DNA of 63,559 nt, filler included, from Gonapodya sp. JEL0774 (taxonomy: Eukaryota): NCBI GenBank assembly GCA_027604505.1. It is 52 parts of 52 records of this genome, joined end to end, with 100 filler letters (N's around TTAATTAATTAA, not from the genome) between each part and the next. Parts side by side here need not be neighbours in the genome. Positions count along the whole stretch, not along the records: positions 61,226 to 62,342 come from JADIIX010003843.1; positions 62,443 to 63,559 come from JADIIX010003844.1; 50 more parts are not named here. One strand, given 5' to 3'. Under the pieces are notes generated by a model. It was given only the letters and a program-made list of their open reading frames with translations. It did no database searches and was not told the origin of the DNA. This document shows positions 61,126 through 63,559 of the stretch, piece by piece. A program made the position numbers and the translations under genes. How positions within the stretch are numbered: position 1 is the first letter of the stretch; each line of letters starts with the position of its first letter.

Positions 61126-63559
61126 NNNNNNNNNNNNNNNNNNNNNNNNNNNNNNNNNNNNNNNNNNNNTTAATTAATTAANNNNNNNNNNNNNNNNNNN
61201 NNNNNNNNNNNNNNNNNNNNNNNNNTTTGAAAAAAGCATAGCACTCGTTAAGAGTTTTGTGCCTTTGTTCGATAACAGGTTTATACCGCCTTCTCCACCG
61301 GTTCAACAGCCGAGACTCTGATTAAAGAGGAAACTGTTTGTCAACTCTTCGAAACAGGCCAAAGCTTGAAGATCCATGGTTGGGCGTTCCTTTTGCCAGT
61401 CTTTTATGGTCACCTAGAACACGTCACTCAAAAGATCTCTCAACTTATTCGTTAAGTTAACAACTTACGCAGCTCACGCAGCCTGTAAACAGGCCCAGCG
61501 TTTGCCAAGCGCTCGCTATCAACATACAAGAATGTCAAGAGCTTGAAAGAGAGCATTCTTCGGAGCAAGCTGTCGACGTGAGCACCGGATACAAGTATCC
61601 ACTAGCTTCAAGAAGACATTCTTGCAAAGGTGTCTTAGTATAATGTTACCCATAGGGCATCAATACACTGAGATCCTCACAGCGAGATGAATCAATAATG
61701 AACCAACTCGCGCCTTGTCTACCTGGCCATTCCAGTTCTTTCGAACCTTCATCCAGATAGAAGCCAAAAGATATAAGACGTGTCAAACATTAAAAATGCC
61801 CGACTATCTTAATTACCAGTCAGCTTACTGCCTTCTATTAAGCCAACTGTTTTCACGCAAAAGGGCCAGGTGTGCATAGACACACAACGTTGAAAGAGTG
61901 ATTTAAACCCGCGGTTTGTTAAGCCCCGGCCTCTTATTAACGCTTTACCAACCCTTCTCATGGAAGACGAGCCATTAAACAAATATGATGACTTGGGAGA
62001 TTGCTCTCTTATACTCATCTTATTTGCTTTCTGGAATCGCCTTCCATACATATGGCGCGGCCCCTGATTTTTGGTAAAATGGTCACCGGGGGAACAGACC
62101 ATACGCAGGGACCATGTGGACCAGGCACTGAACTGGTGCACAAACCACCTGCACAAACCCTTCCCGCATTGCGTCCAACCCTTCGCTCCCACCACCGCCC
62201 CACAACAGAAGTTCATCTAACTGTCTGACTGTGAACATAACCCATTATGTGCGGGAGTTGTTTGGGTACAGAACCAACCCACGGGGTTGACTATAACTCC
62301 GGGAATGATATGCCCGAGCCACCTGCACCCTGCACCAACATGNNNNNNNNNNNNNNNNNNNNNNNNNNNNNNNNNNNNNNNNNNNNTTAATTAATTAANN
62401 NNNNNNNNNNNNNNNNNNNNNNNNNNNNNNNNNNNNNNNNNNTGGACAGCCTCCCATTCCTATCAATGAGGACTTCGTGGAGCCCTGAAGTTTCAAAGGA
62501 AATGGGCGTATAACTACATAAAACAGTCCTTGCGTTCGAATCTACTATTGGTGATGCAAACCATTTGGATCTGGGATATTTTCGCCCCCTTGTAGGGTTT
62601 GCGGTGTACGAATAACAAATTAACTGAGTGCAAATTATATAATAAACTCAAGATTTATGGTTGACAGCCACAAATATATCATTGGTCTATTCCTGTGACC
62701 TGGGTCTATCGCGGCTGCGCTTGGGGGGTCCAAGTGGAAAGACCAATAAACCAACCCCACCGAAAGGTTTTGAGCGACATCCGGTTTCGCCATTAGGAAC
62801 GCGGTTCCATGGTTTCTGGTTCTCCAGAAGATTACGAAAGTAGTGAGTTTCAACTTGGATGTTCTTCACGACCTGCGAGGCATCGGGAGTGGTGACCAGC
62901 ACGTGGTACGTAGCGCGCGCGGACCGGGAGCGACACCGATAAAGATTTCTTCTACAGCATATCGATGTGTGAAACTGCATGTCTTTTCTTCATCCCAATT
63001 GCAACCAGAACCCAAGTTTGTGTCTTGGCATACCCCCCGGGTCACGAATCCACCAAACCAGCTCAACAGGTTCCTTTTCGAAAGGACTGGCGATTTCTTG
63101 GGTCTAAGAGAAGCGTAAACAAACTCATCAGTGGAATTTCATTTTTCGTGAGTTTGTTCAACAGGCGATGGCAACGCTTCCAATACTCAATATGCCTTTA
63201 CATTAACCTCCTTTGTCGTCTCAGTGAAGTATACAATGGAGCACCCTTACGCAGCAAACATTTTTGCAAAGCGGAAGTCGGAGCGCAGGCTCTCGCCACT
63301 CAACCCGGCTGCGACCTCTTCCTCCGGCTCCCCTCATGGGACAACACCGGGTTCTCCGCTCGCCAACCAACTTTCGCCATCCTCACCCACTTCGCAGGCA
63401 TTCTTGGATATGTCGCTATCCCAAATGAGCTACTTGCCATTGCCGGGTCCAATGCTTGTTGGGACTGGAGGGGCTTCGGCTTCCCCAGTGGCACCTTTAC
63501 ACTCGCCGCCTGCGGGTGGTGGGTCATTTTCAACGCAACCAACACCCGCAGCAACTAAT

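Noticed and set aside
61226..62342. Possible decayed integrase (TGPAF- and YN..H-like words)
   Set aside because: The motifs are short, lie in stop-riddled frames and cannot be ordered into a convincing DDE domain.
1133..62442. Regularly spaced TTAATTAATTAA flanked by N runs, superficially like a repeat array or CRISPR
   Set aside because: It is an artificial six-frame-stop linker between size-sorted contigs. ORFs ending in XXXX-LIN or XXXX-N are artefacts, and adjacency of contigs means nothing biologically.

Overview
This window is not one contiguous locus. It is 52 unrelated short contigs (1132 down to 1117 bp, sorted by length) joined by an artificial 100-bp linker (44 N + TTAATTAATTAA + 44 N). 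Most contigs are fragments of intron-containing eukaryotic genes with short GT-AG introns. The gene set (Cdc31/centrin-3, Sub2, Prp2/DHX16, Sad1, Mre11, Ecm29, Gea/GBF1, Los1, Ale1, Rps17, Cox4, Etp1, an Och1-type GT32, DUF1769, F-box proteins) points to a fungus. An animal-like tetraspanin and a TKL kinase suggest an early-diverging, probably zoosporic, lineage (inference). Four things stand out. (1) Two contigs carry giant-virus-like (NCLDV) genes: an intronless Mimiviridae-type Ser/Thr kinase and a decayed D5-type primase-helicase. (2) A compact copia-type LTR element has an LTR end, a half-tRNAiMet PBS, an ORF made only of zinc knuckles and a PPT-like/TGTTG junction. It shares about 159 bp with a second contig that continues into copia protease and integrase. 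(3) CpG depletion affects the copia pol contig and the interiors of two long housekeeping genes. (4) Several genes show strong C-rich/G-rich strand skew around splice sites. All family assignments come from motif recognition by eye; no searches were run.
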